Assembly: GCF_003044035.1 (NCBI RefSeq)
Contig: NZ_NVQC01000030.1
Coordinates: forward strand, 30,001-62,000
Direction: 5' to 3'
Length of the DNA: 32,000 bases
Source of the DNA: Candidatus Methylomirabilis limnetica
Lineage (GTDB): Bacteria > Methylomirabilota > Methylomirabilia > Methylomirabilales > Methylomirabilaceae
Shown here: in pieces, positions 15,823 through 23,828 of the stretch
Numbering within the stretch: position 1 is the stretch's first letter
Layout of the letters: the number at the start of each line of letters is the position of its first letter
Notes under the pieces: model-generated
The model's database searches: none
What the model was told of the DNA's origin: nothing
The model's input: only the letters and a program-made list of their open reading frames with translations
Position numbers and translations under genes: made by a program

Positions 15823-16680
15823 TCAAGCAATCGCAGCAACGAGGGCTTGCCGCATAGCCTCCTCTGAAGGCTTTTGCCCGGTCCACAGCTCGAAGGCCAA
15901 GGCGCCCTGGTACAGCAACATCCCCAGTCCACCCATAACCTGACACCCCCGCTTCGTTGCCTCTCGTAGCAACGCAGTCTCCAGTGGCCGGTAGATCAGA
16001 TCGTACACCAGCATCCCGGGCTGAAGAAGGCTCGGGTCGATCGACGGAGGATCTGAAGGGCTGAGCCCAACCGATGTGGTATTGACCATCAGGGCACAGT
16101 TTCTCACCCTGGCCGGCATCCGAGGATCGTCAAGTCCCAGTCCGACGGCCGAGACCCCGGTTTCCCGGTTCACGAACTCAGCCAGCGACTGCGCTCGCTC
16201 GATGGTCCGGTTGACAATAACGATCTCTTCAGCGCCAGCCTCGGCCAGGCCGACGGATACAGCCCGTGCCGCCCCGCCTGCCCCAAGGATGACAGCAGGC
16301 TTCCCGCGCGGGAGATAATCCGCCTCCTCATGAAGCGATCGGAGAAACCCCTGTCCATCAGTATTGGCTCCGAGTAGACGACCGCCTCTGGCAACAACCG
16401 TATTGACCGCGCCCACCGAGGCGGCCTCTTTTGTCAGGGTATCGACCAACACGGCGGCCTGCTCCTTGTGGGGAAGCGTGACATTCGCGCCGCCGAAGTT
16501 TTCCATCCCGCGAAGTGACTCGAATGCGGTCGGCAAGTCGGCGCTCTTCACCCGCCATGGAATATAGAGGCCATCGATTCCGGCCGCCTGGAGTGCGGCG
16601 TTCTGCATAGCCGGCGAGAGGCTATGCTCCACAGGATCACCGAAGAGGACGAACACCTTTGCTGCGGCAGTAAATCTCAT
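15823..16680 (-). CDS. aroE: Shikimate 5-dehydrogenase
   Basis: 285 aa. It has the N-terminal substrate-binding motif (FGDPVEHSLSPAMQNAA), a Rossmann motif (ILGAGGAARA) and NRT. Confidence 0.9.
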   Translation of the reverse strand: MRFTAAAKVFVLFGDPVEHSLSPAMQNAALQAAGIDGLYIPWRVKSADLPTAFESLRGMENFGGANVTLPHKEQAAVLVDTLTKEAASVGAVNTVVARGGRLLGANTDGQGFLRSLHEEADYLPRGKPAVILGAGGAARAVSVGLAEAGAEEIVIVNRTIERAQSLAEFVNRETGVSAVGLGLDDPRMPARVRNCALMVNTTSVGLSPSDPPSIDPSLLQPGMLVYDLIYRPLETALLREATKRGCQVMGGLGMLLYQGALAFELWTGQKPSEEAMRQALVAAIA

Positions 16681-16682
16681 TT

Positions 16683-16964
16683 GTAACTACTCAGGTAGAT
16701 AGACTGAAGACTGAAGGCTTTTAGGGGTAGATACTGAGAAGGTCTTGAATCTGCCGGGGGTTCATTCCCCGCGGCTTGCCGCGAGTTCGTCATACCGGCG
16801 GAAGCCGGTATCCAGGGGCCCCTACTGGATTCCGTGTCAAGCACGGAATGACGGGCCAGAACAGAAGACGATACTCCACAGCTTGCTGCGGGGTAGTTCA
16901 TTCGTGCCTTGCGAGATAATAATTTATAGCCTTCAGTCTTCAGCCTAAACACCTGAGCAGTTAC
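16683..16964 (-). mobile_element. MITE-like element, copy B (long form, best-delimited copy)
   Basis: It begins GTAACTACTCAGGTAGATAGACTGAAGACTGAAGG and ends CCTTCAGTCTTCAGCCTAAACACCTGAGCAGTTAC. The interior is the reverse complement of the copy A core (hairpins TACCGGC/GCCGGTA, CCGTG/CACGG, CGCGG/CCGCG). Confidence 0.65.
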
Positions 16965-16970
16965 CCTCAT

Positions 16971-17051
16971 TTCAGCCTTCAGCCTTCAGCAAAAACAGTC
17001 CTCAGCTTTTCCTTGCCTTGCTGATGGCTGATCGCTGACTGCTGAAAGCTG
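16971..17051. repeat. Heptamer-periodic hairpin just downstream of the glnD stop (possible terminator)
   Basis: TTCAGCCTTCAGCCTTCAGC ... GCTGATGGCTGATCGCTGACTGCTGAAAGCTG. It ends 3 nt from the glnD stop codon. Confidence 0.8.
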
Positions 17052-17054
17052 TCT

Positions 17055-19853
17055 TTAATTTAACCCCTCCGAGAGGGCCCGCTCCAGTTCGAGTCCGATC
17101 TGCTCTCTCCGCCCCTCATCCAACAGCTTGCTCCCGTCCTTATTTGTCACATAAAAGACGTCCACAACCTGTTCGGCCTCGGTCATGATCTTGGCGGAAC
17201 GCAGATCCACACCGAGATCAGAGAGCGTGCTGGAGATGAGATACAGGAGTCCCAGCCTATCACGTGTACGGACATCCAGGACGGTGTAAGCCTCCGCGAC
17301 CACGTTGTCAAACTCCACTTTGGTTGGGGGTAAGGCGCCCTTATGGATTGGTTGGACCAGGACTGCTTTCCTGCGGCTCTTGATCAGCTCACGGACAGCC
17401 ACCCCGCCCGTGAGAACATCCCGCAGGTCCGCCACGACCCGATCCCAGACGGTCGCGTCCTCAATGGCCGCGCCGCCCCCATTGTCGACCCTGAAGTGCC
17501 GGATCACCATCCCGCTTGTCAGGGTGAAAATCTGGGCGCTCAGAATATTCATCCCATTTGCGGTGAGTATCCCTACAGCCTGAGCGAACCGCCCGTGGCG
17601 GCCATAGGCGCAGAGGGTAAACTCCGAGTAGCCGGCCAACGGAAATGCCGCCCATACGCTCACCGCCTCTTCACCCCGTTTCACGCGCTGGATCAAGCGC
17701 ACGTGCGAGGCGACCTTGTGAAATGAAGTCGTGAGCAGGTACCGTGCAGGCGCCTCTTCCAGGTGCCTTTTCACCGCCTCCACGCCGAACTCCGGTGATA
17801 GTTCCTGGGTGAGCTGGGATTTGATCCGCTCGGCGCGAGCCAGATCATCCTCACCCTCCGGGATGCCTCTGATGAGGATGGTATGGGTCTTCATGTACAG
17901 TTCCCACAGCAGCGTCCCTTTCCATTCGGTCCAGACACCGGGCCCAACCGCCTTGATGTCGGCGTAGGTGAGCAGGTACAGCATCTTCAGCCGATCGGGT
18001 GTCTGCACCTTTTTGGCAAAGTCGATCACGATGGCCTCATCGTCGAGGTCCAGGCGCTGGGCGATGTGCGACATCTCCAGATGACGCGCCACTAAGAAGC
18101 GGATAGCTTCAGCATCCGGCTCCGGGATGCCCATCCGCACCAGGCTCGCCTCGACTAAGGACGCCCCCTTGTGCACGTGGTCGGCCCCTTCCCCCTTGCC
18201 GATGTCATGGAGCAAGAGCGCCAACCGGAGGATTTCCAATCTCTTCGCATCAGATGCGATCGAACGAAACTCTTCGCCGTAAAATCTTGAGATCTCATCC
18301 AGATGTTCAAGGGTTTCAATGGCCAGGAAGGTGTGCTCATCCACCGTATACCGATGGTAGAAATCGAACTGGATCAGGCGGGTGAGCTTGGCGAACTCCG
18401 GGATATAGGTTCCGAGCACTCCAAGTTCATGCATGCTCCGAAGCGTCGCGGCTACCCCCTTCGGTTCTCGAAGGATGGCCAGCAAGAAGCCCAGGGCCCG
18501 GCTCGATCGCCTCACCCCCTCATCGATGAGATGCGTATCGGCTCTGATGTAGTCCTTAATCTCCTGGCTCAGCGTGTATCCCATTTGCTGCGCATACCAG
18601 AAGACCTTCAGCAACCGGACAGGGTCCTCCCGAAACAGGCCCCGATTCTTCGGCGTCACATGGATGCAGCGATCGATCTGCGTCAGATCGTCGCCGATAT
18701 CGCGAGCCTTCAGCTTCCGCATCACCATCTCTATCTGCGACCTCCCTTGCGTACAGCGCAAGATCAATTGCTGTGACAACTGTGAGATATCCTTTGCGGC
18801 CAGATAATACTGCTGCATGAACTGTTCAACACCGTAAGAGCCGGCCGTGCCCAGGAACCCAAGGTTGGCCGCCACCTGTTCCTGCATAGACAGCGAGAGC
18901 ACGTCGTTCTTGCCTCGATAGAGATAATGGAGTTCATTGCGCAGGCGGAGCATGAAATCCAAGACAAGATCCCATCGTTCTCTCTCCTCCTGATCGAGAA
19001 GCCCTTTCTGCACCAGCTCGGACGGCACGCCCACGCGCTGGGTGATCCGGGCAATCCAGATGGCAGCGTGAAGATCCCTCAGACCCCCGAGGCCTTCCTT
19101 GATGTGCGGCTCTTGCACGTAGATAGACGCGCCGTACCGGTAGTGGCGTTCACGCGTTTCCTGAAGCTTTCGCTTGACGAAGGTGGCGGCTTGCTTGTAG
19201 AAGACCGATCGCTCCAACTTGGCGCTGAACGCCTGATAGATCTCCGGCTTGCCGGCAAGGTATCGGCCCTCCATCATAGCAGTGCTGGAGGTCAGGTCCG
19301 TCCGGGCCATTCGCACGCAGTCATCAATGGAGCGGCAGCAATGCCCCACTACGAACCCGACATCCCAGAGGGTGCTCAAAACCGGGTGGAGGATCGTATT
19401 CAGGTAGGCATCGGCCCTGCGTGGGTAGACAAACATAAGGTCCACGTCGGAGGCCGGATTCATCTCCCGCCGGCCATAGCCACCTAGCGCAATCAGCGCA
19501 CACCCGTCACTACCCTGTCGGAGACCGGGATCGCAGGCCGCCTCCGCCAGTTGAAAGAGCGAGGTCACCACCACATCCGTAAGTGTGGTGATGGATCGAA
19601 CTACCTCCTGCCCGGTTCCCCCATTTCGATGGATCTGAAGAATCCTGGCCTGCTCATCGGCGATGAACCCTCTGAGAGCTGGAATCAGGCCGGAGGCCGC
19701 ATGGTTCCCTTGCAGCACGGACTGCAGGGCACCGGTCAGCGCCGAGAGCTCGACAGAAGAAAGAGGTATGTCGCCGGCAAGAGCAACGACATTCGCCCGT
19801 CGGTTTCGTAGTATTGCAAAACGACCCTTCGCTATGGCCTGGAAGCGCTTCAT
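17055..19853 (-). CDS. glnD: Bifunctional [protein-PII] uridylyltransferase / uridylyl-removing enzyme
   Basis: 932 aa. It has a nucleotidyltransferase motif (GGYGRREMNPASDVDLMFV), an HD domain (LLLHDIGKG) and two C-terminal ACT-like domains. Confidence 0.9.
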   Translation of the reverse strand: MKRFQAIAKGRFAILRNRRANVVALAGDIPLSSVELSALTGALQSVLQGNHAASGLIPALRGFIADEQARILQIHRNGGTGQEVVRSITTLTDVVVTSLFQLAEAACDPGLRQGSDGCALIALGGYGRREMNPASDVDLMFVYPRRADAYLNTILHPVLSTLWDVGFVVGHCCRSIDDCVRMARTDLTSSTAMMEGRYLAGKPEIYQAFSAKLERSVFYKQAATFVKRKLQETRERHYRYGASIYVQEPHIKEGLGGLRDLHAAIWIARITQRVGVPSELVQKGLLDQEERERWDLVLDFMLRLRNELHYLYRGKNDVLSLSMQEQVAANLGFLGTAGSYGVEQFMQQYYLAAKDISQLSQQLILRCTQGRSQIEMVMRKLKARDIGDDLTQIDRCIHVTPKNRGLFREDPVRLLKVFWYAQQMGYTLSQEIKDYIRADTHLIDEGVRRSSRALGFLLAILREPKGVAATLRSMHELGVLGTYIPEFAKLTRLIQFDFYHRYTVDEHTFLAIETLEHLDEISRFYGEEFRSIASDAKRLEILRLALLLHDIGKGEGADHVHKGASLVEASLVRMGIPEPDAEAIRFLVARHLEMSHIAQRLDLDDEAIVIDFAKKVQTPDRLKMLYLLTYADIKAVGPGVWTEWKGTLLWELYMKTHTILIRGIPEGEDDLARAERIKSQLTQELSPEFGVEAVKRHLEEAPARYLLTTSFHKVASHVRLIQRVKRGEEAVSVWAAFPLAGYSEFTLCAYGRHGRFAQAVGILTANGMNILSAQIFTLTSGMVIRHFRVDNGGGAAIEDATVWDRVVADLRDVLTGGVAVRELIKSRRKAVLVQPIHKGALPPTKVEFDNVVAEAYTVLDVRTRDRLGLLYLISSTLSDLGVDLRSAKIMTEAEQVVDVFYVTNKDGSKLLDEGRREQIGLELERALSEGLN

Positions 19854-19928
19854 CCTTGAACCCCGTCAGTCGCCACTAGTATAGGCAGGCCTGCCGGACA
19901 GGGTCAAGGCCAATATGCCAGGGAAAAA

Positions 19929-20040
19929 GCTATCAGCGCTCAGCGCTCAGCCGTCAGCTCCAGACAAATCCCCCCTTTGCTAAAGGGGGGTTGGGGGGGG
20001 TTTCGTACGCCGTGGTGCGGCTTGGCCCATGGAGTGTTAC
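19929..20040. repeat. Repeat cluster: CGCTCAG heptamers, a C5T3/A3G5 hairpin, and a 40-nt TTTCGTA...GTGTTAC module
   Basis: GCTATCAGCGCTCAGCGCTCAGCCGTCAGCTC (19929-19960). AAATCCCCCCTTTGCTAAAGGGGGGTTGGGGGGGGTTT (19966-20003). TTTCGTACGCCGTGGTGCGGCTTGGCCCATGGAGTGTTAC (20001-20040), which also occurs at 24857-24897. Confidence 0.85.
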
Positions 20041-20055
20041 AACGCGAATTTGGAG

Positions 20056-20084
20056 TTGACACGGATGCCCCAAGGACGTATCTT
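20056..20084 (+). promoter_or_regulatory. Candidate sigma70-type promoter (TTGACA-N17-TATCTT)
   Basis: -35 TTGACA at 20056-20061, a 17-nt spacer, and -10 TATCTT at 20079-20084. It lies upstream of the plus-strand genes starting at 20312, with repeat copy D in the putative 5' UTR. This is a motif match only. Confidence 0.35.
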
Positions 20085-20110
20085 TTGCACTCGTGCACAC
20101 GACACAGAGC

Positions 20111-20292
20111 GTAACTATTCAGGTGGATAGACTGTAGTCTTTTAGACTGTAGGAACGCGCACAGATGAGCCAGGCGTTTTCTGAATGCGACGCGAACATG
20201 ATGGAGACCGAAAAGGTTCTGGGCGCCTTGATTCGGTACATGCGCAACGGCTAACAGCCTTCAGCCTTCAGCCTAAACACCTGAGCAGTTAC
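20111..20292 (-). mobile_element. MITE-like element, copy D (short form)
   Basis: It begins GTAACTATTCAGGTGGATAGACTGTAG and ends CAGCCTTCAGCCTTCAGCCTAAACACCTGAGCAGTTAC. The interior shares CTTGATTCGGTACATGCGCAACGGCTAACAGCC with the reverse complement of copy E. Confidence 0.65.
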
Positions 20293-20311
20293 ACGAGACG
20301 CTTGAAAGGGG

Positions 20312-20740
20312 ATGACTATGCTAGGACTCCAGATTGCGGTTACCCTCCATCTTGTAGGGATTATCTTTTGGGTCGGCGGCCTGGCGGCCAGGCTGGTCCT
20401 TCTCAATTCTGCTCAGTCCGGCGCCAACGAAAGCGCACGATCTCAGTTCCGCCGGCTCCAGCAAGGGATTCATTTCCTGATGGAGATACCCGGCTCCGTG
20501 ATTACCCTGCTGGCCGGAGGGTTCCTGATCCATGCCGCCCAGGTCAACTTCCACCTACCTTGGTTCAGGATCAAGATCGTGTTAGTCCTCGGCCTGATCG
20601 TGGTTGAGCTGCTCGCCTCGCGCCAGATTAAGGCCTTCAATGTGAGCGGCCGGGCGGGGCAGGCCGCAGCGCTCTTTGCGAGCCTCGTTGTGTTCACCCT
20701 GCTGACGCTGGTAGCCGTTAAACTAAGATTTTATTTTTGA
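20312..20740 (+). CDS. Small 4-TM membrane protein, HemJ/CopD-like (function uncertain)
   Basis: 142 aa. TM1 carries a conserved-looking His (TLHLVGIIFWVGGLAARL), and later there is PWFRIKIVLVLGL. This resembles the HemJ/UPF0093 or CopD C-terminal pattern. The assignment is by motif recall only. Confidence 0.6.
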   Translation: MTMLGLQIAVTLHLVGIIFWVGGLAARLVLLNSAQSGANESARSQFRRLQQGIHFLMEIPGSVITLLAGGFLIHAAQVNFHLPWFRIKIVLVLGLIVVELLASRQIKAFNVSGRAGQAAALFASLVVFTLLTLVAVKLRFYF

Positions 20741-20743
20741 ATT

Positions 20744-21604
20744 TTGAAGAAGGCATGGTCACACCCAGGGTCTGCAACTACGCGATCGGCTCCGGTTGTG
20801 CTGCTGAGCCTGTTCCTCACCGGAGGGTGCGTGGGGGCGATAGAAAACAGGTTCATCTTCTTCCCTGACAAGCAGATTGAAGCGACGCCGCGCTCCTACG
20901 GCCTGGCCTATGAGGAGATCTACTTTAAGACAACAGACGGGTTGAACCTCAATGGCTGGTGGATTCCAGGGACCGGGTCGCCTCTCACAATCCTCTGGTT
21001 CCACGGCAACGGCGGTAATATCAGCCACCGGCTGCACAACATCAAGCTCCGCCATGACCTGTTGGGAACCAACATTTTCATCTTTGACTACCGCGAATAC
21101 GGCCGGAGCGAAGGCCGGGCGTCAGAAGAGGGAACCTATCGGGATGGTGATTCAGCGATCCAATATCTGCATGCCCGAGGGGACATAGACCCGACCAAAA
21201 TCGTCTTCCTTGGCGAATCGCTCGGGAGCGCCGTAGCGGTAGAGATGGCGACCCGACATGGCTGCGCCGCCCTGATCCTGGAGTCGCCCTTCCTGTCCAT
21301 CCCGGAGATGGCAAAGGCGATCTTCCCGCTCCTTCCGATCGGTTCGTTCCTTCAGACCAGGTACGACACCTTCTCGAAGATCGGGCAGGTCAGGGCTCCT
21401 CTTCTGATCGTCCATGGTGAGAACGACGAGATCGTTCCGTTCCAGCAGGGCCGACGCCTCTTTGAAGCCGCGAGAGAGCCGAAGGAGTTCTACGGCATCA
21501 AAGGCGCCCACCATAACGACCTCTACATGGTTGGCGGTAAGGCCTACCTGGAGACCCTCAACCGTTTCCTCAGCAGGGTGATCGGAAACGAACCCTCGCC
21601 GTAA
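20744..21604 (+). CDS. Alpha/beta-fold hydrolase (BEM46/ABHD13-like serine hydrolase) with N-terminal signal or anchor
   Basis: 286 aa with a TTG start. It has an HGNGGN oxyanion region, the nucleophile elbow GESLGS, HGENDEIVP, and a late His (GAHHND). The N-terminus is hydrophobic with a lipobox-like LTGGC. Confidence 0.85.
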   Translation: MKKAWSHPGSATTRSAPVVLLSLFLTGGCVGAIENRFIFFPDKQIEATPRSYGLAYEEIYFKTTDGLNLNGWWIPGTGSPLTILWFHGNGGNISHRLHNIKLRHDLLGTNIFIFDYREYGRSEGRASEEGTYRDGDSAIQYLHARGDIDPTKIVFLGESLGSAVAVEMATRHGCAALILESPFLSIPEMAKAIFPLLPIGSFLQTRYDTFSKIGQVRAPLLIVHGENDEIVPFQQGRRLFEAAREPKEFYGIKGAHHNDLYMVGGKAYLETLNRFLSRVIGNEPSP

Positions 21605-21620
21605 GCGCAATACTGTTCAC

Positions 21621-21683
21621 TTTAGCCGTTCGCGGTGAGCCTGTCGAACCACAATTACCCTTCGACAAGCTTAGGGCAAACGG
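21621..21683. repeat. Hairpin repeat CCGTTCGCGGTGAGCCTGTCGAACC / CCTTCGACAAGCTTAGGGCAAACGG
   Basis: The two arms are imperfectly complementary. It lies between convergent genes and could act as a bidirectional terminator. Confidence 0.75.
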
Positions 21684-21720
21684 TTGGGAGGACCTATTAC
21701 TCAGAGCATAAAATAGCTTG

Positions 21721-21804
21721 CCTCCCCCCTTTGCAAAGGGGGGTAAGGGGGGATTTGAACGATCGGTAAATCCCCCTCAATCCCCCTTTCGTAAAGGGGG
21801 AAGT
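21721..21804. repeat. Two tandem C5T3/A3G5 hairpins
   Basis: CCTCCCCCCTTTGCAAAGGGGGGTAAGGGGGGATTT ... AAATCCCCCTCAATCCCCCTTTCGTAAAGGGGGAAG. Confidence 0.85.
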
Positions 21805-21868
21805 TGCTGAAGATGTTGTGCGAGAGTGCAATCTATTTCATGCTCCCCGTAATAAGTGAACAGAGGGC

Positions 21869-23794
21869 TTATGGCACCAGTGGGAAGCGTACCGTGAAAC
21901 TGCTCCCGCGACCCTTGCCCTCTGAGGTGGCCCAGATCCTGCCGTCGTGTAGCTCAACGAGCCGCTTCGTGAGCGCAAGACCGAGGCCGGTCCCATGGTA
22001 CTGCCTGGCGAGGCCGGGGTCCAGTTGGGTAAAGGGCTGAAAGAGCTTGATCATATCCTCCGCCGTGATCCCGATCCCAGTGTCTACAACCGAAATCTCC
22101 ACGAAGTCAGGAGATTTCGGGGTTTCGGGTTTCGGGTTTCGGGTTTCGGGTTGAGAACTCGAAACTGGAAACTCGAAACTGGAAACTCGCCGCGCGGTGA
22201 CCGTAACTTGGCCCCCTTCAGGGGTGAACTTGATAGCGTTGGAGAGGAGGTTGTAGACGATCTGCTTGAATCGGACGGAGTCGGCAGTGAGGAGAGTCGG
22301 AGCGGTTTCCGCGTGCAGCGTGAGGGTCAGGCGCTTTCGGTCGGCCATCGGCCAGACATCAGCGAGGGCGGCCGTGAGCGCTTCGTCGATGGCGAAGGGC
22401 TCCGGGTACAGATCGAGCTTACCTGCCTCGACCTTGGCAAGGTCGAGGAGGTCGTTGATGATGACGAGCAGGTGCTTGCCGCCTGTATAAATGTGGGTGA
22501 GGTACCGGGCTTGCTTCTCCTCGAGCGGCCCGATGGTCGGGCCTCGCAGGATCTCCGAGAAGCCGATGATCGCGTTCAGTGGGGTCCGCAGTTCGTGGGA
22601 CATGTGGGCCAGGAACTCGGACTTGTGGCGGGAAGCCGCTTCGATCTGCGCGTTGACCGCACGCAGCTCTCGCGTCCGGTCCTCGACGGTGGCTTCGAGC
22701 TCGCCGGCGTGGCGTCGCTGTGCCTCCTCACTCTGTTCCAGGGCGGTGATATCCTGCTTAGTCGCGCGAACGATCACCATCCCCAGCCACACCGCGAACG
22801 CGATCACAATCGAGATGAAGCCGATCGTCTTGATCTGTCCACTCCGCAACGCGGCGATGCGCGCCTGAAGCGCCCCCTCCAGATCGACCATCGCTTTATC
22901 GAGCAGCGCGAACTGACCGTCAATCGCCTGGGTGAATAACGCGAAGTAATCGGTCGGCGTATAGCTTAGCCTATCGACTTCCACCACCTGGGTCCTGGCG
23001 AGATGTGCCGCCATCTGGGCGAGCGCCATGCTTCCCTGTGCGATGTGGCCAAGGTCGGCCTTCATCTGGGGATTCAGGGCCACCGCCTTGCCTAACTCGC
23101 GCGCCATGTACTCGTGTTGCCTCTCGACGTTGCTGATGAGACCGATCAACTCAGTGCGGTCCGCAAGTGTAATGCGCCTCTCTGCCAGGAGGAGCATGCC
23201 ACGCGCCCGCGCCTGACCGAGGAATTCGGTCAACTGTGGCATGTGGACCAGCAGCGCCATGGTGAGGTGGTAGTCATTACCGGTTGGGTCGTACGATAAA
23301 CCGAAGTAATCCAACATGAGATCGAGCAGCTTCAGGTTGTCGCCAATGATAGCCGTATGCTTGGCAAAACTCTCCTGACCGGTGATCGAGCACGAGGATA
23401 CGCCGCTCGCAAGCCCCCTCCAGGCTTCGACCGCCCCGCGCCAGATGGCGGTTAGCGCGGGATCACGGATGTCTGACGCCACAATCGCGTCGAACGCCTC
23501 GACCGCCTTGTCAGCTTCAGTTTGTTTGGCGGAGCGTTGCGCTTCCATCGTCGTGCTCCCGCCCAGGACGCCGGATGAGAGCCCGCGGTGCTGCTGAAGC
23601 AACTGTACCACCCTCAGCAGCGCTTTCGACGGCGCGATCCCGATATACTTCCGACCCGCCGATTGCAGAGCCCTGCTGCTTTGCACCATGTACATGGTAA
23701 GCGGTGCCGCCACCAGGGTAAGGCCCACCAGCCCGAACCCGAGCACCAACCTGGTTCTTATTGTCAGGCGGTTATTGAACCACTGCAGCCGCAT
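21869..23794 (-). CDS. Sensor histidine kinase with an extracytoplasmic NIT-like (nitrate/nitrite-sensing type) domain
   Basis: N-terminal TM. Then LLRVVQLLQQHRGLSSGVLGG and HMPQLTEFLGQARARG, which resemble the two halves of the NIT domain. Then a second TM, a coiled coil, an H-box (SHELRTPLNAI) and HATPase_c (NAIKFT, DTGIGI, GTGLGL). ATG at 23794 is preferred over the upstream TTG at 23815. The NIT call is from motif memory only. Confidence 0.85.
   Translation of the reverse strand: MRLQWFNNRLTIRTRLVLGFGLVGLTLVAAPLTMYMVQSSRALQSAGRKYIGIAPSKALLRVVQLLQQHRGLSSGVLGGSTTMEAQRSAKQTEADKAVEAFDAIVASDIRDPALTAIWRGAVEAWRGLASGVSSCSITGQESFAKHTAIIGDNLKLLDLMLDYFGLSYDPTGNDYHLTMALLVHMPQLTEFLGQARARGMLLLAERRITLADRTELIGLISNVERQHEYMARELGKAVALNPQMKADLGHIAQGSMALAQMAAHLARTQVVEVDRLSYTPTDYFALFTQAIDGQFALLDKAMVDLEGALQARIAALRSGQIKTIGFISIVIAFAVWLGMVIVRATKQDITALEQSEEAQRRHAGELEATVEDRTRELRAVNAQIEAASRHKSEFLAHMSHELRTPLNAIIGFSEILRGPTIGPLEEKQARYLTHIYTGGKHLLVIINDLLDLAKVEAGKLDLYPEPFAIDEALTAALADVWPMADRKRLTLTLHAETAPTLLTADSVRFKQIVYNLLSNAIKFTPEGGQVTVTARRVSSFEFPVSSSQPETRNPKPETPKSPDFVEISVVDTGIGITAEDMIKLFQPFTQLDPGLARQYHGTGLGLALTKRLVELHDGRIWATSEGKGRGSSFTVRFPLVP
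22113..22190. repeat. Heptamer-periodic hairpin embedded in frame within the histidine kinase gene
   Basis: GATTTCGGGGTTTCGGGTTTCGGGTTTCGGGTTTCGGG-TTGAGAA-CTCGAAACTGGAAACTCGAAACTGGAAACTCG. It translates (minus strand) to SSFEFPVSSSQPETRNPKPETPKSPD, between the N-box and the DTGIGI box. Confidence 0.85.
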
Positions 23795-23828
23795 GGTATA
23801 GCGCCAACTCCACAAGGATACGCCTGCG

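Noticed and set aside
19884-19895. Perfect 12-bp palindrome GGCAGGCCTGCC upstream of glnD as an operator
   Set aside because: Short GC-rich palindromes are expected by chance at this base composition, and there is no second half-site or known regulator motif.
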